Assembly: GCA_963707505.1 (NCBI GenBank)
Contig: CAVPQB010000003.1
Location: 416,001-480,000, forward strand
Direction: 5' to 3'
DNA: 64,000 nucleotides
From: an uncultured Gemmatimonadales bacterium
GTDB lineage: Bacteria > Gemmatimonadota > Gemmatimonadetes > Gemmatimonadales > Gemmatimonadaceae
Positions 46,016-58,532 of this stretch are shown one piece after another (within the stretch, counting starts at the first letter, position 1; the number at the start of each line of letters is the position of its first letter). A program made the translations under genes and the position numbers. A model generated the notes under the pieces. It did not search any database and was not told the origin of the DNA. It saw nothing but the letters and a program-made list of their open reading frames with translations.

Positions 46016-46130
46016 ACTGAGAAGGTAGGGTTATGAGGTCGCGTGAGTCGTCACGCTCCCGGACGGACTTGTCACTAAATGCGAGTATCGGCGTCCATAG
46101 TGACAACCAAAGCATTTTGAGAACATCCAC

Positions 46131-46919
46131 GTGAGCGTCATCGTCACCCTGACAAGCCATCCCGGGCGCCTTGCCCGGATCAGGTCTGCCGCGCGCGATA
46201 GCCACACCGTTATCGCCTGCGACAACTGGGAACAGATTTTTTCCACATGCCATGGACAGATGGTTCACGCCGCCGTTCTGGACCTCGAAACAGCGGCATC
46301 GCCGAGCTTCGATTCCATCCGCCGGTTCAAACGCATGAATCCGACGGTAGCGCTCATCGGATACACGACCTACACCCTCGAAAGGGTACATCACATTTTT
46401 GATGCAGGACGCTACGGCTTCGAGGCGCTCGTGATCGCCGACATCGACGACGGGCCGTCGGCGTTCTCACGCGCAATCGAGAGAGCCTCGGCGCGTGGTG
46501 TCGCAGGGATGGTGAGGAACAACCTGGCTCCAGCCGTCGATCCGATGGCTACCGACGCCTTGCTGACAGCGATCACGAGGGCCCATGAGCGACTCACGCC
46601 GGCGAGCCTGGCGCAGGAAATGGGGGTCGGCGGCCGGCGGCTCTCTCGTGCACTTTCCGCATCGGGATATCCTTCGGCGCACAAGCTCATCATGTGGGGA
46701 AGGCTCATCGTTGCGGCGGCACTCATGGACGGAACGCGTCATAGCACGGACCGGATCGCACTCACCTTGCGCTTTCCATCGGGGAGCGCTTTCCGTAACA
46801 ACTGCCGGCGCTACCTCGGAGCCAAACCGTCGGAAATCCGTGCGCGCGGCGGCGCGACCCTGGTCTTCAGCCTGCTAAGAGATGGAATTGCCGCGAACCG
46901 GCAGTCCTCGGACCTGTAG
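46131..46919 (+). CDS. AraC-like transcriptional regulator with degenerate receiver-like N-terminus
   Basis: LAQEMGV..LSRAL..RLIVAAALM..IALTLRFPSGSAFRNNCRRYLGAKPSE. Confidence 0.8.
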   Translation: MSVIVTLTSHPGRLARIRSAARDSHTVIACDNWEQIFSTCHGQMVHAAVLDLETAASPSFDSIRRFKRMNPTVALIGYTTYTLERVHHIFDAGRYGFEALVIADIDDGPSAFSRAIERASARGVAGMVRNNLAPAVDPMATDALLTAITRAHERLTPASLAQEMGVGGRRLSRALSASGYPSAHKLIMWGRLIVAAALMDGTRHSTDRIALTLRFPSGSAFRNNCRRYLGAKPSEIRARGGATLVFSLLRDGIAANRQSSDL

Positions 46920-47017
46920 CTCGCCCGTGTCTTGCGGCGGGTGCTGCGTCCCGCCGATGTGGCGGCGACAACAGTTTTCCGTTTACAACCGCCCGTCCAT
47001 TCATACTTTAGTTGGTG

Positions 47018-47638
47018 ATGCTATACGTAGGCTTGACTGGCAACATTGCCAGCGGAAAGTCGGAGGCTGCGGCCCGGCTCGCCCTGCGGGGCGCAACCAT
47101 AGTAGACGCGGACGTCCTGGCTCGTGACGCGGTTGCAGTTGGCTCGCCGGCGTTCGAGCGCGTCGTCGCTCGCTGGGGTAGCGGAGTCCTGGCGCCTGAT
47201 GGGACGCTCGACCGTGAGGCATTGAGGCATACCGTCTTCGCCGACCCCGCTCAGCTGGAGGAGTTGAACGCGATAGTCCATCCCGGTGTCAACAAGCTAC
47301 GCCGGAAGATGGTCGCAGAGGCGCGGAAGCGCGGCGACGCAGTGCTGATTTACGTGGTGCCGCTGCTGTTCGAGCGACGGCTCGCTGGCGAGTTCGATCA
47401 GATCATCCTGGTCGATGCTCCGCAGGAGCTGCGGCTGGAGCGGCTGGTGGAGCTACGCGGTGTTTCACCAGAAGACGCCGTCAATATGATCTCCGCCCAG
47501 ATGCCGGCCGAGCTCAAGCGAGCGCGCGCCAACTTCGTAATAGAGAATGACGGCTCACTCGAGCAGCTGGATGAGCAAGTGACAGACGTGTGGTCGCGGT
47601 TGACAGCCTCCGGCGCCCGGTCTAGCTTGGCGGTCTGA
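47018..47638 (+). CDS. coaE: Dephospho-CoA kinase
   Basis: VGLTGNIASGKS, DAD, LNAIVHP, VPLLFE. Confidence 0.96.
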   Translation: MLYVGLTGNIASGKSEAAARLALRGATIVDADVLARDAVAVGSPAFERVVARWGSGVLAPDGTLDREALRHTVFADPAQLEELNAIVHPGVNKLRRKMVAEARKRGDAVLIYVVPLLFERRLAGEFDQIILVDAPQELRLERLVELRGVSPEDAVNMISAQMPAELKRARANFVIENDGSLEQLDEQVTDVWSRLTASGARSSLAV

Positions 47639-47687
47639 GCGGCGCGCAGCGCTGTTCCCATTACGCTCCATATCGAGGCATTGACGC

Positions 47688-48071
47688 GTGGCCAACGTTC
47701 CCGGCGACCTGCTTTACACGGCTGAGCACGAATACATTCGCGACCGCGGCGACGGCGTCGTCGAGGTCGGCATCACGGACTACGCTCAGGGCGAGCTGGG
47801 CGACGTCGTCTATCTCGAGCTGCCGAAGGTTGGTACGTCCTTCGCAAAGCACGACGTGTTCGGAACGATCGAAGCGGTGAAGGCCGTTTCGGAGCTGTTC
47901 GCGCCGCTCGCTGGCGAGATCACGGAAGTGAACACCAGGCTGGATGGCGAGCCCGCGATCGTGAATAACGATCCCTTCGGCGAGGGCTGGATGATCCGGA
48001 TGAAGGTCAAGGATCCGGGCGAGCTCGCTGCGCTGCTAAAGCCTGACGCTTATAGCGCGCAGATAGGCTGA
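47688..48071 (+). CDS. gcvH: Glycine cleavage system H protein
   Basis: HEY, GITDYAQGELGDV, IEAVKAVSE (lipoyl Lys), DPFGEGW. Confidence 0.97.
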   Translation: MANVPGDLLYTAEHEYIRDRGDGVVEVGITDYAQGELGDVVYLELPKVGTSFAKHDVFGTIEAVKAVSELFAPLAGEITEVNTRLDGEPAIVNNDPFGEGWMIRMKVKDPGELAALLKPDAYSAQIG

Positions 48072-48078
48072 ACTGCAG

Positions 48079-48110
48079 GTCGTCGTCCCCGCGAAAGCGG
48101 GGACGACGAC
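48079..48110. terminator. Perfect 14-bp hairpin with GAAA loop between convergent gcvH and gcvP
   Basis: GTCGTCGTCCCCGC-GAAA-GCGGGGACGACGAC. Confidence 0.7.
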
Positions 48111-48126
48111 ACTCGACACGGTCCGC

Positions 48127-51015
48127 TCAGGTCACGTACGAATCCGTCGGCGGGCAGGAGCATATGAGATTGCGATCGCCATAAGCGGATTCGATGCGCG
48201 CGGTAGCAGGCCAGAACTTGGATTCGCGCACCCACGGTGCGGGATAGGCGGCCTGGCTGCGCGGGTACGGATGGGTCCACTCGTCGGCCGTGATACGCGC
48301 GGCGGTGTGCGGGGCGTTCTTCAATAGATTGTCGGCGCGATCAGCCGTGCCGGTCTCTATCGCCCGAATTTCCTCACGAATCGCTATCATCGCGTCGCAG
48401 AAGCGATCGAGCTCGGCTTTAGACTCGCTTTCCGTTGGCTCGATCATCATCGTGCCGGCAACCGGGAACGAGACGGTGGGCGCGTGGAAGCCATAGTCCA
48501 TCAACCGCTTTGCGATATCTTCGACGTCGACACCGCTCGTCGTCTTCACGACACGCGTGTCGACGATGCACTCGTGCGCGACGGTGCCATTCTGTCCGCG
48601 GTACAACACGGGGTAGTGCGGCTCGAGCCGCTTCGCCATGTAGTTGGCGTTCAGTATCGCGATTTTGGTCGCCTCGACGAGCCCATCGGGGCCCATCATG
48701 CGGATGTACGCATAGGATATCGGAAGAATGCTGGCGCTTCCCCACGGCGCTTCGGAAACCGCTCCAACAGTCTCGCGCCCGGCTTGATCGATGACCGGAT
48801 GACCCGGCAGGAACGGCGCGAGATGTGCCGCGACGCCGATCGGACCCATGCCTGGTCCACCGCCACCGTGCGGAATGCAGAAGGTCTTGTGCAGGTTGAG
48901 GTGACAGACGTCTGCGCCGACGTCGCCCGGCCGGCAGAGCCCGACCATTGCGTTCATGTTGGCGCCATCCATGTAAACCTGGCCACCGTTCGCATGAATG
49001 ATCGCGCAGATGTCCGAAATTGTCTCTTCGAAAACACCGTGTGTCGATGGATACGTGACCATGAGCGCAGCGAGATCGGCGCGATGCGCTTCCGCCTTGT
49101 CGCGCAGATCGGCGACGTCGATGTTGCCGGACGGATCAGTCTTAACCACGACGACCGTCATGCCGGCCATCACCGCACTCGCGGGGTTGGTACCATGCGC
49201 GGACTGGGGGATGAGACAGATCTTTCGGTGTGCTTCGCCGCGTGACTCGTGGTATGCCGCGATGGCGAGCAGCCCCGAGTATTCACCCTGCGATCCAGCG
49301 TTCGGCTGCAGCGATACGGCGGCGAAGCCGGTGATCTCAGCAAGATCAGCTTCGAGCTCGCGGAACAGCTGTGCATAACCAGCCGTCTGATCCACCGGCG
49401 CGAACGGATGGATCTTGTTGAACAGCGGCCACGTGATAGGCATCATCTCGGCGGTCGCGTTGAGCTTCATGGTGCAGGAGCCGAGTGGAATCATCGAATG
49501 CACGAGCGAAAGATCGCGCGCCTGCAGGCGATAGATGTAGCGCAGCAGCTCGGTCTCGGAGTGGTACTGATTGAACACCGGATGCGTGAGGAACGCCGAT
49601 GTGCGACGGAAGCGCTCATCGTAGCGCGGATCGGAGCCGGCCAGCAGGTCGTCGAAATTGGAGTCTGTTGCAGACGATCCGCTGAGCAGCTTGAGAAGAT
49701 CCGCGACGTCGGCCGGACCGGTAGTCTCATCCAGCGAGATGCCGATCTCGCTATCGCCCAGACGGCGAAGATTGATGCGCGATTCGACAGCGCGCGTCAT
49801 TACGTCCTGCGCCTTGCCTGCGCCGAGATCGATGCGAAGCGTATCGAAGTAATCTTCGTGCACGATGCGCAATCCGAGTCTCCGAATTCCTTCGGCAAGT
49901 GCGGCCGTGAGCTGATGGACGCGTGTGGCGATGCGCTCGAGTCCCTCCGGACCGTGATACACCGCGTACATGCTTGCGACGACTGCAAGCAGGACCTGGG
50001 CAGTGCAGATGTTGCTGGTAGCCTTCTCGCGACGAATGTGTTGCTCGCGTGTCTGCAGCGCCATACGGAGCGCGGGCGCTCCGTCCGCGTCGCGCGAAAC
50101 GCCGATGATGCGACCCGGGATCTGGCGCTTGTACTCGTCGCGTGTCGCGAAGAAGCCGGCGTGGGGGCCGCCGTAGCCGAGCGGCACACCAAACCGCTGG
50201 GTGTTTCCGACGACGATGTCGGCACCCCACTCTCCGGGCGGTGACAGCAGGACCAGGCTGAGCAGGTCAGCGGCGACGGTTACGAGCGCATCGTGGGCGT
50301 GAGCGTCGTCGCAGATCGACGAATAGTCGCGGATGGCCCCGTCCGTGGCCGGATACTGTACGAGTGCACCGAATACCTGAGGGCCGAACTCGAACTTGTC
50401 ATAAGGAAGGACGTGTACCGTGAGGCCCCGCGCGGTGGCGCGAGTCTGCACCACACTGATGGTTTGCGGATGACAGTCGTCGGCGACGAGAAATACTTCC
50501 TTCCCTGCCTTGCCGGTGAGGGCATGGGCGAGTCCCATCGCTTCGGCAGCTGCGGTGGACTCATCGAGCAACGAGGCGTTGGCGATGGGGAGACCGGTCA
50601 GGTCGCCGACCATGGTCTGGAAATTCAGCAGAGCTTCCAGGCGCCCCTGGGCAATCTCGGCCTGATATGGTGTGTAAGCGGTGTACCAGGCCGGGCTTTC
50701 GACGACGTTACGCTGGATGACTGGCGGAGTGACGCAGTCCGAGAAGCCCATCCCGATGTACGATCTGAAAAGCTTGTTGCGGGCAGCGATGCATCGGAGT
50801 AGCGCCAGCGTTTCCGCTTCGGTCCTGGCCGCCGGAATCGAGAGCTGGCTCCGGAACCGGATTCGCTCGGGAACGGTGGCGTCTATCAGAGAGTCGAGGG
50901 TGTCGTAGCCGAGTGTGGAGAGCATCTCGGACACTTCGGCGGGCGTCGGGCCGATGTGACGGGGTGCAAATTGATCAGCGCTTTCGAGCGCGGAGGGAGC
51001 CTGAACGGAAGCCAT
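48127..51015 (-). CDS. gcvP: Glycine dehydrogenase (decarboxylating), single-chain
   Basis: [44 protein letters not shown]. Confidence 0.98.
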   Translation of the reverse strand: MASVQAPSALESADQFAPRHIGPTPAEVSEMLSTLGYDTLDSLIDATVPERIRFRSQLSIPAARTEAETLALLRCIAARNKLFRSYIGMGFSDCVTPPVIQRNVVESPAWYTAYTPYQAEIAQGRLEALLNFQTMVGDLTGLPIANASLLDESTAAAEAMGLAHALTGKAGKEVFLVADDCHPQTISVVQTRATARGLTVHVLPYDKFEFGPQVFGALVQYPATDGAIRDYSSICDDAHAHDALVTVAADLLSLVLLSPPGEWGADIVVGNTQRFGVPLGYGGPHAGFFATRDEYKRQIPGRIIGVSRDADGAPALRMALQTREQHIRREKATSNICTAQVLLAVVASMYAVYHGPEGLERIATRVHQLTAALAEGIRRLGLRIVHEDYFDTLRIDLGAGKAQDVMTRAVESRINLRRLGDSEIGISLDETTGPADVADLLKLLSGSSATDSNFDDLLAGSDPRYDERFRRTSAFLTHPVFNQYHSETELLRYIYRLQARDLSLVHSMIPLGSCTMKLNATAEMMPITWPLFNKIHPFAPVDQTAGYAQLFRELEADLAEITGFAAVSLQPNAGSQGEYSGLLAIAAYHESRGEAHRKICLIPQSAHGTNPASAVMAGMTVVVVKTDPSGNIDVADLRDKAEAHRADLAALMVTYPSTHGVFEETISDICAIIHANGGQVYMDGANMNAMVGLCRPGDVGADVCHLNLHKTFCIPHGGGGPGMGPIGVAAHLAPFLPGHPVIDQAGRETVGAVSEAPWGSASILPISYAYIRMMGPDGLVEATKIAILNANYMAKRLEPHYPVLYRGQNGTVAHECIVDTRVVKTTSGVDVEDIAKRLMDYGFHAPTVSFPVAGTMMIEPTESESKAELDRFCDAMIAIREEIRAIETGTADRADNLLKNAPHTAARITADEWTHPYPRSQAAYPAPWVRESKFWPATARIESAYGDRNLICSCPPTDSYVT

Positions 51016-51249
51016 CTATCGAGAAATTGGATTGTACGGCGAAGTCGGCATTGGGCGCGTAGGACGGCGCTCTGCGAGAGCGCCCTCAGCCCGTAAATTT
51101 AATCGCGTGTGGCAGGCCGTATTCGAGGGCGAATCTTGTGCGGCTGACGGAATGGCGCGATGATGTAGCGCTGACGATACTCATCGAGGACAACCCAGAC
51201 GCGACCAAATCACTCGATGAATCCCACGTTACGCATCACCACTCCGCAC

Positions 51250-52965
51250 ATGTCTAAAGGGAGCCGGGCAGCGCTGTCCTGCGCGCTTGCCCTCACCGCC
51301 GGCCTCATGGCCGGTTGCAGCGAAAAGTCGCGGACCGAGAGTGGGGGCGGGACCCTGGTGGTCTCGACCGCATCCGACGCCGACAACCTCTTTCCGCCGC
51401 TCATAATGTCGAGCCAGGGTCGGCAGGTGGTGGAGCAGATATTCGAGCCGCTGGCCGACGTAGGCGATTCTCTAAACGTGTTCGGAGATGCCGGCTTTAT
51501 TCCGCGGCTGGCGGACAGCTGGACATGGTCGGCAGATTCGTTGTCGATCGCGTTCCACCTGAACCCGCGGGCGCGCTGGCACGACGGGAAACCGGTAAGA
51601 GCGAGCGACGTCAGGTTCACGTTATCGCTGGCCAAGAATCCAGCGGTAGCGGCGCCGATCGCTCCACTGCTATCGAACGTCGATTCGGTGAGCGTCACCG
51701 ACTCGCTGACGCCGGTGTTCTGGTTCAAGCGACGCTCGGCGCAGCAGTTTTACGATGCGGCAACGGTCGCGCTCATTGTTCCGGAACACATTTACGGCGG
51801 CATCGCGCCGGCGGCGCTGGCGTCGTCGGATGTGCTGCGGCATCCGGTGGGATCCGGACGGTTCAAGTTCCGCCGTTGGGTTCCGAATGCGACGATCGAG
51901 ATCGTGTCGAACCGGGATCACTACCGCGCACCGGCAAGACTCGACCGCGTGATATGGACCATCGCGCCGGGAGACTTCAGCGCTGCATCGACGCGGTTTC
52001 TCGCTGGCGAGGCGGATTTCTTCCCTAGCGTCCGGCCGGACATGATGGCGCAGATCGCGAAGTCGCCGAATCTGCGATTGATTGAATATCCCGGGTTCAA
52101 GTTCGGGTACATGGTTTTCAACATGCGGGACCCGAAGAATCCGAAGGCGTCACATCCGTTGTTCCACGACGTGGGCGTGCGTCGCGCGCTCACGATGGCG
52201 ATCGATCGCGCGTCGCTGGTACGCAACGTATTCGACTCGCTCGCAGTCCCGAGCATCGGCCCGACCGTGCGCGCAATGGGAACGAGCGACACGACAATTG
52301 CGCAGATTCCGTACGATCCGACCGGTGCGATGCGTATGCTTGACTCACTTGGGTGGCGCACCGGATCGGACGGGATACGTACACGCGATGGCAGGCAGCT
52401 CGCGTTCACGATCATGGTTCCGTCATCGAGCAAGGATCGTGAGCGTCTTGCAGTGCTGATGCAGGATCAGTTCAAACGTATTGGCGTCAAGGTGGGCATT
52501 CTCTCGGTCGAGCCGAATGTATTCGAGCAACAGCAGGCGACCCACGCGTTCGATGCGGCGATCGAGACGTGGCTGGCAGACCCGAGTCCCGGCGGCATCC
52601 GTGAGAGCTGGGGTTCGGAAGCTGCCCGTACGGAGGGCAGCAAGAACTACGGGGACTATGCGAATCCCGTCTTCGACAGACGCGTTGACAGCGCGCTCGA
52701 TGCGCCATCACGGTCAGCCGCACGTCTCCTGTTCTCGCGTGCGTTCCAGACGCTGATCTCCGACGCGCCGGCGATCTGGCTGTTCGAGCCGCGCAACGTG
52801 GTCGGGATTCAGAAACGCATCCATACCGCACCGCTGCGTGCCGACGCGTGGTGGGCGCATCTCGCAGACTGGTACGTTCCGGCCGATGAACAGATCGCAC
52901 GCGACCATGCAGGTGACGATGTTGCGCCGCGGCCGGATTCACGGCCGTCGAAAGGGAGCAGCTAG
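51250..52965 (+). CDS. Peptide ABC transporter substrate-binding lipoprotein (family 5)
   Basis: Lipobox LMAGC; PRLADSW..RWHDGKPV..DVRFT; PVGSGRF; VRRALTMAIDR. Confidence 0.93.
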   Translation: MSKGSRAALSCALALTAGLMAGCSEKSRTESGGGTLVVSTASDADNLFPPLIMSSQGRQVVEQIFEPLADVGDSLNVFGDAGFIPRLADSWTWSADSLSIAFHLNPRARWHDGKPVRASDVRFTLSLAKNPAVAAPIAPLLSNVDSVSVTDSLTPVFWFKRRSAQQFYDAATVALIVPEHIYGGIAPAALASSDVLRHPVGSGRFKFRRWVPNATIEIVSNRDHYRAPARLDRVIWTIAPGDFSAASTRFLAGEADFFPSVRPDMMAQIAKSPNLRLIEYPGFKFGYMVFNMRDPKNPKASHPLFHDVGVRRALTMAIDRASLVRNVFDSLAVPSIGPTVRAMGTSDTTIAQIPYDPTGAMRMLDSLGWRTGSDGIRTRDGRQLAFTIMVPSSSKDRERLAVLMQDQFKRIGVKVGILSVEPNVFEQQQATHAFDAAIETWLADPSPGGIRESWGSEAARTEGSKNYGDYANPVFDRRVDSALDAPSRSAARLLFSRAFQTLISDAPAIWLFEPRNVVGIQKRIHTAPLRADAWWAHLADWYVPADEQIARDHAGDDVAPRPDSRPSKGSS

Positions 52966-52966
52966 C

Positions 52967-53962
52967 TTGGCGTCAGCGGGAGGGCGTGGTGTAGTCGGCA
53001 CCGTCGTATCGCGCCTCTTGCAGGCAGTAATCGTCGTCGCGATCGTCACGACGATCGTCTTCGTGCTCATCCACATTGCGCCGGGCGATCCATTCACATC
53101 GGCGATGGACAATCCGAACGTCACCGAAGCGATGCGTGTCAGGTGGCGCGCGATGTATGGGTTGGATCAGCCGCTGCTGGAGCAGTACGTACGCTATCTG
53201 AGCAACGTGGCGCGCGGCAATTTCGGGTGGTCGTTCTCGATGCACAGGCCAGTCATCGACGTCCTGAAGGATGCATTGCCGAACACCTTGCTGCTTGCCG
53301 GAACGGCGCTCGTGCTCGGCTTCGCCGGAGGAATCGGGCTCGCGGTAATTCAGGCGACGAGACCGGGATCCCGCACGGATCGCGCACTCGGTGCGGGCTC
53401 GATGTTCTTCTACGCGATGCCGGACTTCTGGCTCGCGCTAATGATGATGCTGATCTTCGCGTACTGGCTTCCGTGGGCCCCCGTCGCCGGCGCCGTAGAT
53501 CCGGTGATGCACGAGTACATGGGACCGCTCGCGGCTCTTGGCGACAGACTCAAGCATCTGGCGCTTCCGGCAATCACGCTTGCCCTGCTTTCCGGCGCAG
53601 CGGTTGCACGGTATCAGCGCGCAGAGTTGTTGCGGGTGCTCCCGGATGATTTCGTTCGCACCGCGCGGGCGAAAGGCCTGAGCGAGCGACGTGTGATGTG
53701 GGTTCACGTACTTCGCAACGCACTCATACCAACGATCAGCCTGCTCGGTCTTTCGCTGCCTGTGTTGTTCACCGGTGCAGTGTTTATCGAACGCGTTTTT
53801 GCGTGGCCGGGAATGGGCTGGGTGATTCTGAACGCTGTCGCGACGCGCGACTATCCGCTGGTTACCGCTGGTGTCATCGTTGCAGCGGCAACCGTAACGC
53901 TCGGGAGCCTGGGAGCTGACCTGCTGTACTCCGTCGCCGATCCACGTATTCGTGGACGCTGA
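52967..53962 (+). CDS. Peptide ABC transporter permease (OppB-like)
   Basis: TTG start after GGGAG; APGDP, YGLDQP, RTARAKGL..HVLRNA, RDYP. Confidence 0.93.
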   Translation: MASAGGRGVVGTVVSRLLQAVIVVAIVTTIVFVLIHIAPGDPFTSAMDNPNVTEAMRVRWRAMYGLDQPLLEQYVRYLSNVARGNFGWSFSMHRPVIDVLKDALPNTLLLAGTALVLGFAGGIGLAVIQATRPGSRTDRALGAGSMFFYAMPDFWLALMMMLIFAYWLPWAPVAGAVDPVMHEYMGPLAALGDRLKHLALPAITLALLSGAAVARYQRAELLRVLPDDFVRTARAKGLSERRVMWVHVLRNALIPTISLLGLSLPVLFTGAVFIERVFAWPGMGWVILNAVATRDYPLVTAGVIVAAATVTLGSLGADLLYSVADPRIRGR

Positions 53963-54833
53963 TACACTGAGGGATCGGCCGCACTGGACGCACCGGATCG
54001 TGCGACATGCAGGCATCGCGTCAGGCGTAATCGCGGTCATCGTCGTCGTTGCGTTGCTCGCACCATGGATCGCTCCGTATGATCCCATCGCGCAACCTGA
54101 CATCATTGGCCTCAAGAATCTCGCGCCGTCGTTCAGCCATCCATTCGGCACCGATTCATTCAGCCGCGACGTTCTGAGCAGATGCATCTACGGTGCGCGC
54201 ATTTCGCTTTCAGTCGCCGCACTCGCGACAGCGATCGCCATAACACTCGGAACACTCTATGGTGCGATCGCGGGTTACGTTGGTGGAGCGGTCGATGCCG
54301 TGCTCATGCGCATCGTTGACGCCGCGCTTTCGATTCCGCGCGTCCTGCTGCTGATCGCGATTCTGGCGTTGTGGAACGGTTTGCCGCTCTGGCTACTCAT
54401 TGTGGTGCTCGGAGCCACCGGCTGGTTCGGGCTCAGCAGAATGGTGCGTGCGCAGGTATTATCGATGCGGGAGCTCGACTTCATCGCGGCGGCGCGGGCG
54501 GTGGGGGCGTCAGGGCCGAGGATTCTTCTGCGTCACATCTTACCGAACGTGCTTCCCACTATTATCGTCGCTGCTACGCTGGGCGTGGGGCACGTCATCA
54601 TACTCGAGGCCGGCCTTTCGTACCTCGGTCTGGGAGTTCAGCCGCCAAGCGCGAGCTGGGGTAGCATAATTCAGGATGGAGCCGACCAAATTGGCGCTGC
54701 GTGGTGGATATCACTTTTCCCGGGACTGCTCATTGTCGCGACTGCCATCGCCTGCAACTCGCTGGGCGATGCGCTGCGTGCAGCGTTCGATCCGCGTGAG
54801 AGCGCGGTGACAATGGCGGAGCTGGACTCATGA
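53952..54833 (+). CDS. Peptide ABC transporter permease (OppC-like)
   Basis: [35 protein letters not shown]. Confidence 0.95.
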   Translation: MDADTLRDRPHWTHRIVRHAGIASGVIAVIVVVALLAPWIAPYDPIAQPDIIGLKNLAPSFSHPFGTDSFSRDVLSRCIYGARISLSVAALATAIAITLGTLYGAIAGYVGGAVDAVLMRIVDAALSIPRVLLLIAILALWNGLPLWLLIVVLGATGWFGLSRMVRAQVLSMRELDFIAAARAVGASGPRILLRHILPNVLPTIIVAATLGVGHVIILEAGLSYLGLGVQPPSASWGSIIQDGADQIGAAWWISLFPGLLIVATAIACNSLGDALRAAFDPRESAVTMAELDS

Positions 54834-55853
54834 CCGAGCCGCTGCTGGCGGTCAGCGATCTACGAACTTATTTCCACGATGGAGGCGTCGTCGCCCGTGC
54901 GGTGGACGGTGTCTCGTTCGACGTGGCGGCCGGCGAGACTGTCGCGGTGGTCGGTGAATCCGGCTCGGGCAAATCGGTCACCGCGCTTTCCATCCTGCGG
55001 CTCATTCGGCCGCCTGGCCGGATCGAGTCCGGCAGCAGCATCAGGTTCGAGGGGCGCGATCTCCTGCAACTGAGCGATGGCGAGATGCGCACCATTCGTG
55101 GCAATCGCATCGCGATGATCTTCCAGGAGCCGATGTCCGCGCTCAATCCGGTGTTCACTGTCGGTGAGCAGATCGCGGAAGTCGTGCGTGTACACACCGA
55201 CGCATCGCATCACGATGCGTGGGAGCGCGCAGTCGAGATGCTCGCGCTCACGGGAATATCGGCTCCGCGCGAGCGCGCATCGGAATATCCGCACCAGCTC
55301 TCGGGCGGAATGCGTCAGCGCGTCATGATCGCGATGGCGCTCGTGATGAAGCCGGCGCTCGTCATCGCCGACGAGCCGACGACTGCGCTCGACGTCACGA
55401 TCCAGGCGCAGATACTCGAGCTGCTTCAGCGACTGCAGGAGCAGCTCGGAATGTCGATGCTGCTCATCACGCACGATCTCGGCGTCGTCGCGGAAGTCGC
55501 GGATCGCGTCATCGTGATGTACGGCGGCGAGGTCGTCGAGCACGCGACAGTGACGGAATTGTTCGCGCGCCGCATCATCCGTACACCGAAGGCCTGATGA
55601 GTGCGATGCCGCGGCTGGACCGCGACACCGAGCGACTCGTGACGATTCCCGGCACCGTACCACCTCCGACCGCGTGGCCGAGTGGTTGCCGATTTCGCGA
55701 TCGCTGTCCTTACGCGTGGGAGCGGTGCGCAACGGAACATCCCCCGCTCTACTCGATCGGAGACGGGCACGAATCGCGCTGTCATCTCGCCGTCGAGCCC
55801 GAGCGCCGGTCCGAATCGCATCCACCATTCACGGCGCGCGTTGGCGCTGACTC

Positions 55854-55857
<4 letters not shown>
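54830..55857 (+). CDS. Peptide ABC transporter ATPase (OppD-like; indel near 55567)
   Basis: [26 protein letters not shown]; next frame [12 protein letters not shown]. Confidence 0.93.
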
Positions 55858-56868
<1,011 letters not shown>

Positions 56869-56903
56869 CCAATCCAGCATCTCCGTCCAGCGCTCACACC
56901 GCC

Positions 56904-58490
56904 ATGGCAACACAGAAGCCCGTCTTCGACCAGCCACACGCCGCGACTGTCACCCACGACGTGCCACCGACTGGGTTCGAGCAATGGACTGGCAACAAGG
57001 CGTTCTTCGGCCACCCGCGCGGACTCTCGACGCTCTTCTTCACCGAGATGTGGGAGCGGTTCTCGTACTACGGGATCCGCCCGCTGCTCGTGCTGTTCAT
57101 GACGGCCGCGCTCTCGTCGGGCGGCTTCGGCTTCGACCGCACCGTCGCATCGTCGATCGTCGGCATCTACGCGGCGTGCGTGTATCTCGCGTCGCTACCC
57201 GGCGGCTGGATCGCCGACCGGTGGCTCGGATTGCGACGCTCGATCTGGTGGGGCGGCGTGCTCATCGCGCTCGGCCATCTCTCGATCGCGCTCTCGGCGG
57301 TCTTCGCGCACTCGGCGTTCTTCGTCGGCCTCATCCTCATCGTCATCGGCACCGGACTGCTCAAGCCGAACATCTCGGCGACTCGTCGGCGATCTGTATC
57401 CTGAAGGCGGCGCGCGACGCGACGCAGGCTTCTCGATCTTCTACATGGGGATCAACATCGGCGCGCTCATCGCGCCGCTCATCACGGGTTATCCTCGGCG
57501 AGCGTGTCGGCTGGCACTGGGGCTTCGGCGCCGCGGGCGTCGGCATGCTCATCGGCCTCATCACCTTCGCCTGCGCATGACACGAACGCTCGGCCCGATC
57601 GGCGCAGCCTCGACGGCGAGCGTTGCGGAGCAGACGCCGGGTAAAGCGCATCACCTTCGCGAGCGTCGTCGTGATCGCCGCTCGTCGTGCTGCTCACGAT
57701 CTTCGGCGTGATTCACATCAACCCGGTCGCGCTCGCCGAACGAATGGGTTTCATCCTGCTCGCGCTGGCGGTGCTCTACTTCGTCTACCTGTTCTTCTTC
57801 GCGGGCCTCACCACCGGCGAGAAGAAGCGCGTCGCCGTCATCGTCGTGCTGTTCGTCTTTGCGACGCTGTTCTGGGCTGCGTTCGAGCAGGCGCCGACGT
57901 CGCTCAATCTGTTCGCGCGCGACTTCACCGACCGCAACGTGTTCGGCTGGGAGGTTCCGACGTTCTGGCTCCAGTCCGCCGAATCGTTCTTCGTCATCAC
58001 GCTTGCGCCGGTATTCGCCTGGCTCTGGGTCGCCCTCGCGCGCCGCAGGCTCGATCTGTCGAGTCCAACGAAGTTCGCGATCGGCCTCGCATTCGCCGGC
58101 GTGGGCTTTCTGGTGATGCTCGCGGCGTCGAACCGCATCGTCGCCAGCGCTGCAGCGGGCGAGGTGGTGCACGTCTCAATGTGGTGGCTCGTGATCAGTT
58201 ACCTCTTCCAGGCGTTCGGCGAGCTGTCGCTCAGCCCCGTCGGCCTGAGCTCGATGACGAAGCTCGCGCCGCGACGCTTCGTCGGTCAGATGATGGGCAT
58301 CTGGTTCCTGGCGGACTCGCTCGGCAATCTCATCGCCGGACTGGTCGGCGGCAACGTCGATCCGAACAAGCTCAGCGAGATGCCGCTGCTGTTCCAGCAC
58401 ACTGCGATCTCGCTCTTCATCGCGGCTGCGGTCTGCGCTGCGCTCGTCATTCCGATCCGTAGGATGATGGAGGAGAAGACGGCGTCGTAA
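56904..58490 (+). CDS. POT/PTR proton-dependent peptide transporter (several indels)
   Basis: [50 protein letters not shown]. Confidence 0.93.
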
Positions 58491-58532
58491 CGCACTGGAG
58501 GTCGCGCTATCGTACGCGCGACTCCAACGGCA

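Noticed and set aside
48079..48110. REP or MITE family repeat
   Set aside because: Only one copy seen in the window, and its place between convergent genes fits a terminator.
51016..51216. Glycine riboswitch upstream of gcvP
   Set aside because: Only a short hairpin (GGCGCTCT/AGAGCGCC); the GGAGA..CCGAAG..CUCAGG pattern is not visible.
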